From Candidatus Delongbacteria bacterium (lineage in GTDB: Bacteria; UBA4055), in assembly GCA_016937995.1 (NCBI GenBank), contig JAFGVM010000021.1, positions 1-37,579 on the forward strand: a stretch of 37,579 nt of DNA, in the 5' to 3' direction. A model generated the notes under the pieces. It was not told the DNA's origin. It saw only the letters and a list, made by a program, of their open reading frames with translations, and did not search any database. The position numbers and the translations under genes were made by a program. Shown here piece by piece: positions 29,206 through 37,430 of the stretch (within the stretch, counting starts at the first letter, position 1; each line of letters begins with the position of its first letter).

Positions 29206-30282
29206 ATGAAAAAAGTGTTTCTTATACTTTTAATGATCGCTATAAGATTATTATCTGATGATGTAAGATTAGTCAATTCTATTGGTTTTGGTACTACTCC
29301 TGATGAAGCAATTAAAAATGCAAAAAAAAATGCAGTTGAAATGTGTCTTGGAACATATATCTCATCAGAATCAATAGTAGCAAATTATATTACAGTTCAA
29401 GATAGAATTCTGTCAAAATCCAGTGGCTTTGTAAAAAACTTTAGAACAATTTCTAAACCTATCTTAAAAGACGGGTTTTATGAAACTGAAATTGAAGCTT
29501 CTGTGTTAAATGTAATGGATAAAGTTTTAGAAGATAAATATGCCATTCAGTTTTTAATGGAACAAATGAGTTTTCCTGATTTCGGAATTGCTGTTATAAA
29601 TACTGAAAATAAAAGAGAGTCCACAGCAGAAAGTGCATTAATAAAACAATTCATTAATGCAGGTTTCAGCAGTTTTAAGATCATTAGATCAGATCCTGGA
29701 GATTTTAAAAGTATAAAAAATGAAAGTATTGAATTCTATATTAGAGGGAAAGTTGAATATGAACTTGAGGAAATGCCCAATAATGGACTTTCGGTTTATA
29801 AAAAGATGCAGAAAATAATAATAACACTCGAATGTGATCTTATAGATTTAAATACTTCACAAATTATTGCAACAGAGAGTTTTACGATAGAGTCTGTTGG
29901 TGTGAATGAAAAGAATACTATTCAGAACGGCATGAAAAAAATCGCTAAGAAGATGACCAAATATCTTGTATTAAATTCAGTGGAATTCTGGGCTAATGAT
30001 CTCAGCAAATGATTAATGTATCTATTGGAATTTAATAATGTGAGTAAAGAAAATGCTGACTATTTATTTAAAATGATCTTTTCTAAGTTTAATGGAAGTG
30101 AAGTTGCCGTTAACAAAGGTTATTTCGACACAACGCAAAATATTGGGATGAAGACATATATGGAAACTGATGGAATTGTACAAATGTTAAGTCATAATAG
30201 TTTTTCTAGATTTTCATTTACAGTTATTGAAAAAGAAGAGAGATTGCTGAATTTCTCAGTTGAAGAGCTAAAAAAAAGATAA
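29206..30282 (+). pseudogene. FlgT-N/LPP20 plus CsgG-like exported protein interrupted by one in-frame TGA (30010-30012); fragments 29206..30012 and 30016..30282
   Basis: Both ORFs are in the same frame. WANDLSK*LMYLLEF aligns with WKKDIEKGKQYKMTF of the upstream gene. N-domain G.G.TPDEAIKNAKKNAVE..G.YISSES.V.NY....D.I.SKS.GFV. Confidence 0.75.
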
Positions 30283-30462
30283 GTTACTATAAAATTTAAA
30301 AAATAGCAGATCCGACAAATGGCATCCATGGATCCTATTCCTGTATGTAATAGAGACATAAACAATAGAATTGAAAAGTACTATAGAAGTATTACACTAG
30401 AAATACTTCTTATTCTAATACATTTTGTCATTATTAATATATTTTGTAAAAGGTGGGAAAAA

Positions 30463-33273
30463 ATGAATAAATTACTAAAATTCTTATTATTTTTACTGGC
30501 ATCTGTTAATATTCTTATTGCCCAAAACACAAGTATGCCTCCAATAAAGATTAGCTCGTCAGATCTACCCTATTCTGTCGAAGGTTACACACTAGTTGTA
30601 GATGACGGTGGTAATAGCTATAAATTTTATGATAATTATTCAAATAATCCTGCTCTAAATATGATCAATAATGGTGGTATAAGGATAGATATGAGTGGTT
30701 TGGTAGGCAAATTAGAAACAGGTAAAACATACAATCTAAGTATAAAGATTACTCCTGGTAGAGAATTTGATGATGGTAAAAGAACACCAAATTCTATATT
30801 CTGTTCTTCAAGTTCAGTTGTAATACATTCACCTTCATCAGTTTCGATATCCAATCCGGCTATAAACATAGACGGTACAACTGTTGGTCAGATACATGTA
30901 GAGAATTTATACAGCCTTGCAACACTGTCTTTACCGATCGGAGGAAGTGTTGCAGCAAGTATTGGAAGTATGATCAGTTCCGCTCTTACAGATATTTTTG
31001 TAAATAAAGTTATTGATGAATCATTTGAAGATTATAAACCCTCAGAAAATATTGAAGTTGAAAATAATATCTTTTCCAATGAAAAAAATATCAATGAGGT
31101 AAGATGGATACTTGGAGGATGGAATTTAAATGAGATGCTTGAGGCAAAATCTGTAAATTTGTCATTACCTGTAAAATTTACAAAATCCGGTAAAAATGAA
31201 TTTTCATTTTATTTTAATCTCTGGGGAGAGCACAGTTCATTAAGAAGAAATAATTTAATTACAACTACAACAGCCACAAAATTTACTCCATACAGTTTCA
31301 GACAGCACATTGTTTTAAACGTAGATGTTGAAGGGGATAATTATGTAGAAGTATCAGATCCTGTACCGGACGAAGAACCAGTAAATGATTACCTGAACAT
31401 TGCCTATGAAAATAAAATAGTTAAAGTCATCAAGCTGCCAAAAAAAATTGATAAAAACAATAAAGAAGCTATTGCTAATCAAATTGTTGAAGGAACTTTA
31501 GGAATAGTAGCAAGTGAAACAATTTCTACTATAACATATAGTATTGGAGGATTATTGTTTAGTTTTATCCTTGAATCAGGTGTAGTAGGGTGGGAAAGAA
31601 TTGTAGATTTTGATATACTCGGAGGTAGATTATTCGAACCGGGTTCAGATCTTAATCTTTTAATTTCTGTTGATACCGGAGATACTTCATTAGATAAGGT
31701 TTCAGTAGTAATTGATAGAAAGGATGGATTTTCATGGAAATTTTTCAAAGAATTATTACTTCTTGATCAAAGTGAAATTATAAGCAATAAGCTTGATATT
31801 GGAAGGTTTTTAATTGTTCTAAAAAATCCGCTATCTGCACCCGACACTACCGGTAAATATAGAATAAATATACTTGGTAAAAAAAGACAAATAACAATAA
31901 AAGAAAAGGAAGTTGATAATAACTTAACTGTAATAAATGAAGAATCTGTTTTAGAGTATTTAAGAAACTCAAACAGATCTGATATAAAACAATTATTAGC
32001 AAACAATTACGATATACTAAAAACTTATAACAAATTGTATAATAGCGAAAATAAATTCTTGATTTTTATATGCTTTGGAGAGGAAGATAAATATAGTGGA
32101 AACGTAAAAACAATTCATGGCTTCGAATTTATTAAGACAGATAAAGGATGGGTGTTAAATACAACTGAAAATAATTCAATAATAACAAAAAATAAAAAAG
32201 ACTTTAGTTATTACTATAGATGGTATAATAACTTTAAATTTGTAACGATCGGTAAAGATAATTATGCTTTAGTGACTGAATATTATGATGGAGGTTCAGG
32301 GGGCGGGTCTGGAAACTATGATTTTTATACAAGCATAAATGGTGAAATCAAGAAAATTGCAGAACTTTCAAGCAAATCATCATGGAATTCATCCAGTGAT
32401 AGATTTGAAGGTACAAATAATTCTTTTAACTACGAAACTAAGTATAGTTTTAAAAGGAATCAAAACAATCTTGATTTTGATGATATTGTATTGAATTATG
32501 AAGGTACAGGAAACACAGATATGATAGGCAAAGAAGAGATTTATAGATATGATAAAGTCAAAAAAGAATACATTCTTTTCAAGGAAATTGAAAAACCAGT
32601 AGAAAATAATTCGCACAAGGGTCTAATTGACATGGTGTTTATTGAATCAAGTATTTTTGGTACAAAGGGCAAAGTTGTTAGTGCCGATAATTATTACATC
32701 GGAAAATATGAAGTAACACAATCTCAGTATAAATCAGTTATGAACTTTAACCCCAGTCAATTTAGAGGAGATGATCTCCCAGTTGAATCTGTCACTTTGA
32801 ATGATGCTATTGAATTTTGTAATAAACTTAGTGAAATGGAAGGTCTAAAAAAATGTTATAACCGATCAGAATGCGATTTGAGTGCAAACGGATATCGACT
32901 ACCTACACAAGATGAATGGTCAGGAGCTGTATTAGGAGGTGGAAATAAATACAGTGGTTCCAATGATATAAACGAAGTTGCATGGTATAATAAGAATTCA
33001 ATTAGGAAAACACATAGTGTAGGGCAAAAGAAACCAAACGAAAAGGGCATATATGATATGACTGGAAATGTTTGGGAGATGTGTTGGGATATTTGGGACG
33101 ATGGAGATAATAGCAGAAAGAGTCGGAGAAATAAGAAGATTAACAGACTAATGTGCGGTGGTGGATATTCTGATGGTGCAAGTAATTGTCGCATTGGTAT
33201 TAGCAGTGGTTTTAGTTCAGAGAATAAGAAAAAAGATATCGGCTTCCGTGTAGTAAGGACGGCAGATAAATAA
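30463..33273 (+). CDS. Exported 936-aa multidomain protein with C-terminal FGE-sulfatase (CLec-fold) domain
   Basis: Start revised from 30319 to 30463 (AAGGTGGG RBS, signal peptide MNKLLKFLLFLLASVNILIA|Q). From 32632: IGKYEVTQ, LPVESV, GYRLPT..EW, KPNEKGIYDMTGNVWE, GFRVVR. Confidence 0.88.
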   Translation: MNKLLKFLLFLLASVNILIAQNTSMPPIKISSSDLPYSVEGYTLVVDDGGNSYKFYDNYSNNPALNMINNGGIRIDMSGLVGKLETGKTYNLSIKITPGREFDDGKRTPNSIFCSSSSVVIHSPSSVSISNPAINIDGTTVGQIHVENLYSLATLSLPIGGSVAASIGSMISSALTDIFVNKVIDESFEDYKPSENIEVENNIFSNEKNINEVRWILGGWNLNEMLEAKSVNLSLPVKFTKSGKNEFSFYFNLWGEHSSLRRNNLITTTTATKFTPYSFRQHIVLNVDVEGDNYVEVSDPVPDEEPVNDYLNIAYENKIVKVIKLPKKIDKNNKEAIANQIVEGTLGIVASETISTITYSIGGLLFSFILESGVVGWERIVDFDILGGRLFEPGSDLNLLISVDTGDTSLDKVSVVIDRKDGFSWKFFKELLLLDQSEIISNKLDIGRFLIVLKNPLSAPDTTGKYRINILGKKRQITIKEKEVDNNLTVINEESVLEYLRNSNRSDIKQLLANNYDILKTYNKLYNSENKFLIFICFGEEDKYSGNVKTIHGFEFIKTDKGWVLNTTENNSIITKNKKDFSYYYRWYNNFKFVTIGKDNYALVTEYYDGGSGGGSGNYDFYTSINGEIKKIAELSSKSSWNSSSDRFEGTNNSFNYETKYSFKRNQNNLDFDDIVLNYEGTGNTDMIGKEEIYRYDKVKKEYILFKEIEKPVENNSHKGLIDMVFIESSIFGTKGKVVSADNYYIGKYEVTQSQYKSVMNFNPSQFRGDDLPVESVTLNDAIEFCNKLSEMEGLKKCYNRSECDLSANGYRLPTQDEWSGAVLGGGNKYSGSNDINEVAWYNKNSIRKTHSVGQKKPNEKGIYDMTGNVWEMCWDIWDDGDNSRKSRRNKKINRLMCGGGYSDGASNCRIGISSGFSSENKKKDIGFRVVRTADK

Positions 33274-33314
33274 TAAAATAATAATAATGTAAATACAGAA
33301 AAAATGGAGGAAGT

Positions 33315-33773
33315 ATGAAAAGAAGAATGATGTTACTAATTTTGATTATTGGAGCTTTTTTTGCAAGTTCTTATTCTCAATCAAGCTATAAGCAAACAAA
33401 CACATTATTAGAAACAATCGGTACTTTATCTGCTCAGAGTGCTTTCATGTCATATACATCGATAGGGGCTCTTTCAGATGGTTATATCTATGGTGCTTAC
33501 ACAGATGAGACAACAATAACACTGAGTGCAGTGTATATGAGCTTTGCTACAACGACCAAAGATCAGCTATACTTATTGATTTCTTCCGGAACTCTATCGG
33601 ATGATGATCTGAAATTTGTATCAGAACTGATCGAATGTTTTAATATGATTATCGCACAGACTGAAGCATTCGGTAATTATGTATCATCGAAAGATGATAG
33701 TTATGCTGTCATATACGAAAACAACAGACAAAAGGCATGGTCTAAAATTTCAAATATCTTAGGAATTGAATAA
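33315..33773 (+). CDS. Small exported, probably all-helical hypothetical protein
   Basis: GGAGG RBS; signal peptide (SYS|Q); amphipathic helical pattern; ends AWSKISNILGIE. Confidence 0.75.
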   Translation: MKRRMMLLILIIGAFFASSYSQSSYKQTNTLLETIGTLSAQSAFMSYTSIGALSDGYIYGAYTDETTITLSAVYMSFATTTKDQLYLLISSGTLSDDDLKFVSELIECFNMIIAQTEAFGNYVSSKDDSYAVIYENNRQKAWSKISNILGIE

Positions 33774-33831
33774 ATAGTTAAATATTGTTATATTTATTAA
33801 AGAAAAAACATAACGGAGTAAGGAGTAAGAA

Positions 33832-35907
33832 GTGAAAAGTATTATTATTTTTATTATACTATCTGTCTCATTATTGTTTGCCAAAGAATTTCAAATATCG
33901 TCATTTTTGTTAGCTCCAAATGATAAAACAGCACAGATAAGATCAATGTTTGATGATAATGGCAACAAGTGTGCTGTTATTAAATTTACGACAAAAATAC
34001 CAGGAATAGATTTTGTTTCATCAAAAATAAAGAATAATGGTAAATTCCTTAGAAATGAATATAGAATCTATGTTCAGGAAAATATTAAAGAGATTACAAT
34101 TAGAAAAAATGGATTTCAACCGTTTAACTATCAATTTGATTCACCCCTAATATCTGGAAATACTTATGAGGCAATACTGGAAGAAAAGAATGTTAACCGT
34201 GGTATTCCAGCTGTAACAAAAGTCGAAGAAAAAAAGATAGATGATGTTTCAGAGGAAACTATTTCATATATTTCGCCAGCAAAAGAAATTAATGAAGTAG
34301 ACAGCAAATTATTTACTACTGATGATATCAAGGTCAGTAATATTAAACTAATTTCAGACAAAGCTGTTGTTAAAGAACCATTTTATTTAACTGCAGGCGA
34401 TAATAATGGGAATATTGATGCAGGAGAGCAGATAAATTTGGGAATTTCATTGAAAGCTGTTATTGGTGATTTTATTAGTGCTTCTGTAAAATTCAATAGT
34501 GATGATGAATATCTGAAAATTAAAACAAAAAAAATAAATTTTAACGATATTAGCCAAGGTGCAAGTATTCAAGGAAATAATCCATTAATAGTTGAGATAA
34601 ATCCAGAATGTCCTCATGAACATAAAATTGTTATAAATCTAAAGATATACGATTCAAATAAAAAAGATAATTCAAACCGGTATCTTGTTTTCAAAGATAG
34701 TATTAAGTTAACTGTAAGTAAGGTTGGACCTATTGAATTCAGTGGAGCAATAATTGATGATGATGATATAGGGCAAAGTGAAGGTAACGGGAATCAGATA
34801 ATAGAAAAATCTGATGGCGATATTGAAATTCCGCTTGTATTAAAGAATCGTGGAAAGGCTGATGTAAGTAATGCTGAAGTTAAGCTGACTTCACAGGAAC
34901 GATGGATAAACATATCTGAAAATGTAAAAACATACAGCAACATCCCTGCTGCGAGTGAAGGTGGTACACCTGCAGATTATGTTTTTAAACTGCATAGCTC
35001 AGCTCCTTCTTATTCGGTGCCATTTGTTCCGATGAGATTAAGGATAACAGGATTTTACGGACCCTATAAATATAACTGGATCCATGATTTCAAATTGGGT
35101 AAGTTTTTCGGGAAACTTAATATAACTGTAAATCCATCTGACGCAGAAATTTATGTTAATAATGAATTTCGTAATTCAGGAAGTTTGAATGAGAAAAAAC
35201 CGATTGATGATTACAAAATAAAAATTTCAAAGTATGGTTATATAGATGAAGAATTTGAAATTCCTGTTAAAGAAGATAAAACAACTTATGTTGAAGTCAA
35301 TTTAGGAGAAAAATTAAATAAGGGAAAAGATTTGAAATCATTTTCTGAATATAATTACGGTTATGATTATAATTTGAAAAAATATACATGGCAAGATTTT
35401 TATGAAGAACCATATAAATTAAAAGAGAACCGTAAATCTTATACATGTAAAAATATGTATATAGTGCTTGGCTCACTGTGTGTTTTACCGGGAATAATGT
35501 CTCAGGGAGATGAAGAAGAAGATCAGAGACAAATTGGTGTGGGAGCTATCGTAATTGGAATTGGGTTATACTTATATAGCTTCATTGATGATCATTCGTA
35601 TAAGCCCGTTCCGATTTCTTATAACATAGACAAAAATAGAGAAAAGGAAGAAATTGCAAAAAGAAAAGCCGAAGCAAAAGCAAAAAGCAAGAACGATATG
35701 ATTGCATTAGAGAAGGAACAAAAAATTGCTGAAGGAAAAAGAAAGATTTATGATGAAAATGAAAAAATCAAGAAAGAAAATAAATCTATAGAGATCAGGA
35801 ATAAGTTATCTATCAAGAAACGGGAAGTAAAGTATAAAATTGATAATGGATATTTTAATGATATTACACCAAAAATAAATGAATCTTCATCTTCGATATA
35901 CAAATAA
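33832..35907 (+). CDS. Exported protein: shared N-module, two Ig-like domains, PEGA domain, hydrophobic hairpin, coiled coil
   Basis: AAGGAG RBS with GTG start; GDNNGNIDAGEQI.L and GNGNQIIE...LKNRG Ig-like units; PEGA GKLNITVNPSDAEIYVN...YKIKISKYGY; K/E-rich tail. Confidence 0.8.
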   Translation: MKSIIIFIILSVSLLFAKEFQISSFLLAPNDKTAQIRSMFDDNGNKCAVIKFTTKIPGIDFVSSKIKNNGKFLRNEYRIYVQENIKEITIRKNGFQPFNYQFDSPLISGNTYEAILEEKNVNRGIPAVTKVEEKKIDDVSEETISYISPAKEINEVDSKLFTTDDIKVSNIKLISDKAVVKEPFYLTAGDNNGNIDAGEQINLGISLKAVIGDFISASVKFNSDDEYLKIKTKKINFNDISQGASIQGNNPLIVEINPECPHEHKIVINLKIYDSNKKDNSNRYLVFKDSIKLTVSKVGPIEFSGAIIDDDDIGQSEGNGNQIIEKSDGDIEIPLVLKNRGKADVSNAEVKLTSQERWINISENVKTYSNIPAASEGGTPADYVFKLHSSAPSYSVPFVPMRLRITGFYGPYKYNWIHDFKLGKFFGKLNITVNPSDAEIYVNNEFRNSGSLNEKKPIDDYKIKISKYGYIDEEFEIPVKEDKTTYVEVNLGEKLNKGKDLKSFSEYNYGYDYNLKKYTWQDFYEEPYKLKENRKSYTCKNMYIVLGSLCVLPGIMSQGDEEEDQRQIGVGAIVIGIGLYLYSFIDDHSYKPVPISYNIDKNREKEEIAKRKAEAKAKSKNDMIALEKEQKIAEGKRKIYDENEKIKKENKSIEIRNKLSIKKREVKYKIDNGYFNDITPKINESSSSIYK

Positions 35908-36408
35908 ATGAAAGTTCCATATTTAATAATATTATTACTTAACTGTCTGCTCTTTTCAAATGATTTTGACTGGGGGTGGTCAGAACCTGAACTATATTAT
36001 AATGGTGTTTGGGAAGAACAGAGTAAAAACACTTCAAACAAAGAATCATTTTACAGCAAATGGATCTGGTTTTATAAGAATAATGTTTCTCCCAAGCAAG
36101 GTGAAAGATGTCCCTGTTTTCCTACTTGCTCAACTTACACTTTATATTCAATGAATGAATATGGATTTCTTACGGGATTTCTTATGGGAATGGATAGAAT
36201 ATTTATCAGAGAAAATCAGGAAATGCTTAAATTAAAACATTATAATAAAATTGAAAGATGCCGATTTAATAATTTAACTTTGAAAGACGGAGTATATGAC
36301 ATACCTGAAGCAAATAATATTTTCAGCAATAAAGACTGGCGCACTGTTAATCCTTATTTCTATTTCCGTATCGAAAGAGATGCATGCTCAGAATCTACAG
36401 ATAAATGA
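35908..36408 (+). CDS. yidD: Membrane protein insertion efficiency factor YidD-like protein with N-terminal signal peptide
   Basis: FYKNNVSPKQGERCPCFPTCSTY...YGFLTG.LMG.DRI matches the YidD consensus Y...ISP....C.F.PTCS.Y...G...G.....RI; the gene context is not the canonical one. Confidence 0.75.
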   Translation: MKVPYLIILLLNCLLFSNDFDWGWSEPELYYNGVWEEQSKNTSNKESFYSKWIWFYKNNVSPKQGERCPCFPTCSTYTLYSMNEYGFLTGFLMGMDRIFIRENQEMLKLKHYNKIERCRFNNLTLKDGVYDIPEANNIFSNKDWRTVNPYFYFRIERDACSESTDK

Positions 36409-37228
36409 TTTGCGGAAATTAGGATTAAAATACAAATATCTGAACCAGCATTTCCTTTCTTATATTTATAATACTTCTTTCTATTATTTAAGTAATGACT
36501 CCTTGATGAAATTAGATTCCGGTCTTGACGCCTTAAAATCATCTTTAACATACAATAGATTTAACGAAAGTGAAGTTCTTATAAAAGATATGAGCCAATA
36601 TTTTCCACAAATACGAAATGATCTTTATTATTATTATGGATATATGTTGATAAGACATCAATATTTTGATCAAACAACCGAGATTTTTGACCAAGTTCAG
36701 GGATTTGAAAATAACAAACTATTCTTGAATGCCTATACATGTTTGAATAATAATCAAATAAATAAAAGTACTAGTTCACTTGAGAAAATTAACAATGATT
36801 TCAAATATTTTAACGAAGCTAAAGAGATAAAGAAAATGCTAATCTCAGAACCTGAGTATTCTTATAAATATAAAACTGTTTCGTTTTTACTTTCTTCCAT
36901 TATACCTGGATCGGGGCAGCTATATTCAGGTTTTACTTTTGATGCCTTATCTTCATTCAGTTATGTCGCAACTTCCGGAAGTGCAGTTTACGCTACATGG
37001 AGATATGAATTTTCTAAAAAAGAGAGTGATAGGAATTATGTCTTACCTGCTATAACTTCTATTGGATTTACGATATTCTATATAACAAATTTATATAATT
37101 CAGTGAATGTTGCAGAAAAAGCAAATCTATTCAACCAGAGTCAATACTATTCTAAGATATTAGATAAATTCAAGCTAATAATTGATGATAATAAATATTT
37201 TTTAAAATTAAATTTTGACATAGAGTAG
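36296..37228 (+). CDS. TPR-like exported protein with C-terminal DUF5683/TM2-like hydrophobic segments
   Basis: Helical TPR-like patterns (LYYYYGYMLI...F.Q); LLSSIIPGSGQLYSG motif followed by hydrophobic helices. Start uncertain because of a 113-nt overlap with the yidD-like gene. Confidence 0.7.
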   Translation: MTYLKQIIFSAIKTGALLILISISVSKEMHAQNLQINDLRKLGLKYKYLNQHFLSYIYNTSFYYLSNDSLMKLDSGLDALKSSLTYNRFNESEVLIKDMSQYFPQIRNDLYYYYGYMLIRHQYFDQTTEIFDQVQGFENNKLFLNAYTCLNNNQINKSTSSLEKINNDFKYFNEAKEIKKMLISEPEYSYKYKTVSFLLSSIIPGSGQLYSGFTFDALSSFSYVATSGSAVYATWRYEFSKKESDRNYVLPAITSIGFTIFYITNLYNSVNVAEKANLFNQSQYYSKILDKFKLIIDDNKYFLKLNFDIE

Positions 37229-37334
37229 CTTTCGTTAAAGTTTTAGAAAGAAAAAATGAAATTAAATCGTTCGTAATAATTATAGCCGTAATATAACCAC
37301 TTATGTTAAAATAAGGTTAAGTTATTTTAATACT

Positions 37335-37372
37335 ACGAAAAAGCCCGATCATATGATGGAGCTTTTTCGTTT
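37335..37372. terminator. Intrinsic, probably bidirectional, terminator
   Basis: ACGAAAAAGC (37335-37344) is the reverse complement of GCTTTTTCGT (37361-37370), with an inner ATCA/TGAT stem and A5/T5 tracts; ~105 nt after the last gene of the block. Confidence 0.7.
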
Positions 37373-37430
37373 CATCTGTCCTGTAATTTTCATATATTAT
37401 TTTTTAATGTAAATATTCACCGGAGTAATC

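Noticed and set aside
30010-30012. UGA recoding (genetic code 25 Gly, or selenocysteine)
   Set aside because: Only one internal TGA among many thousands of codons; TGA serves as a stop at 36406-36408; the aligned residue is Gly, not Cys, and no SECIS-like hairpin follows.
822-30282. Flagellar or curli operon
   Set aside because: Only fold-level resemblance to FlgT, FlgD-Ig and CsgG; no flagellar structural genes or curlin subunits are present.
30319-30462. N-terminal extension of ORF 30319..33273
   Set aside because: ATG at 30463 has an RBS and starts a typical signal peptide.
148-36551. Short minus-strand and nested ORFs in the ORF track
   Set aside because: They lie wholly or almost wholly within longer, well-supported + strand genes and show no recognisable motifs.
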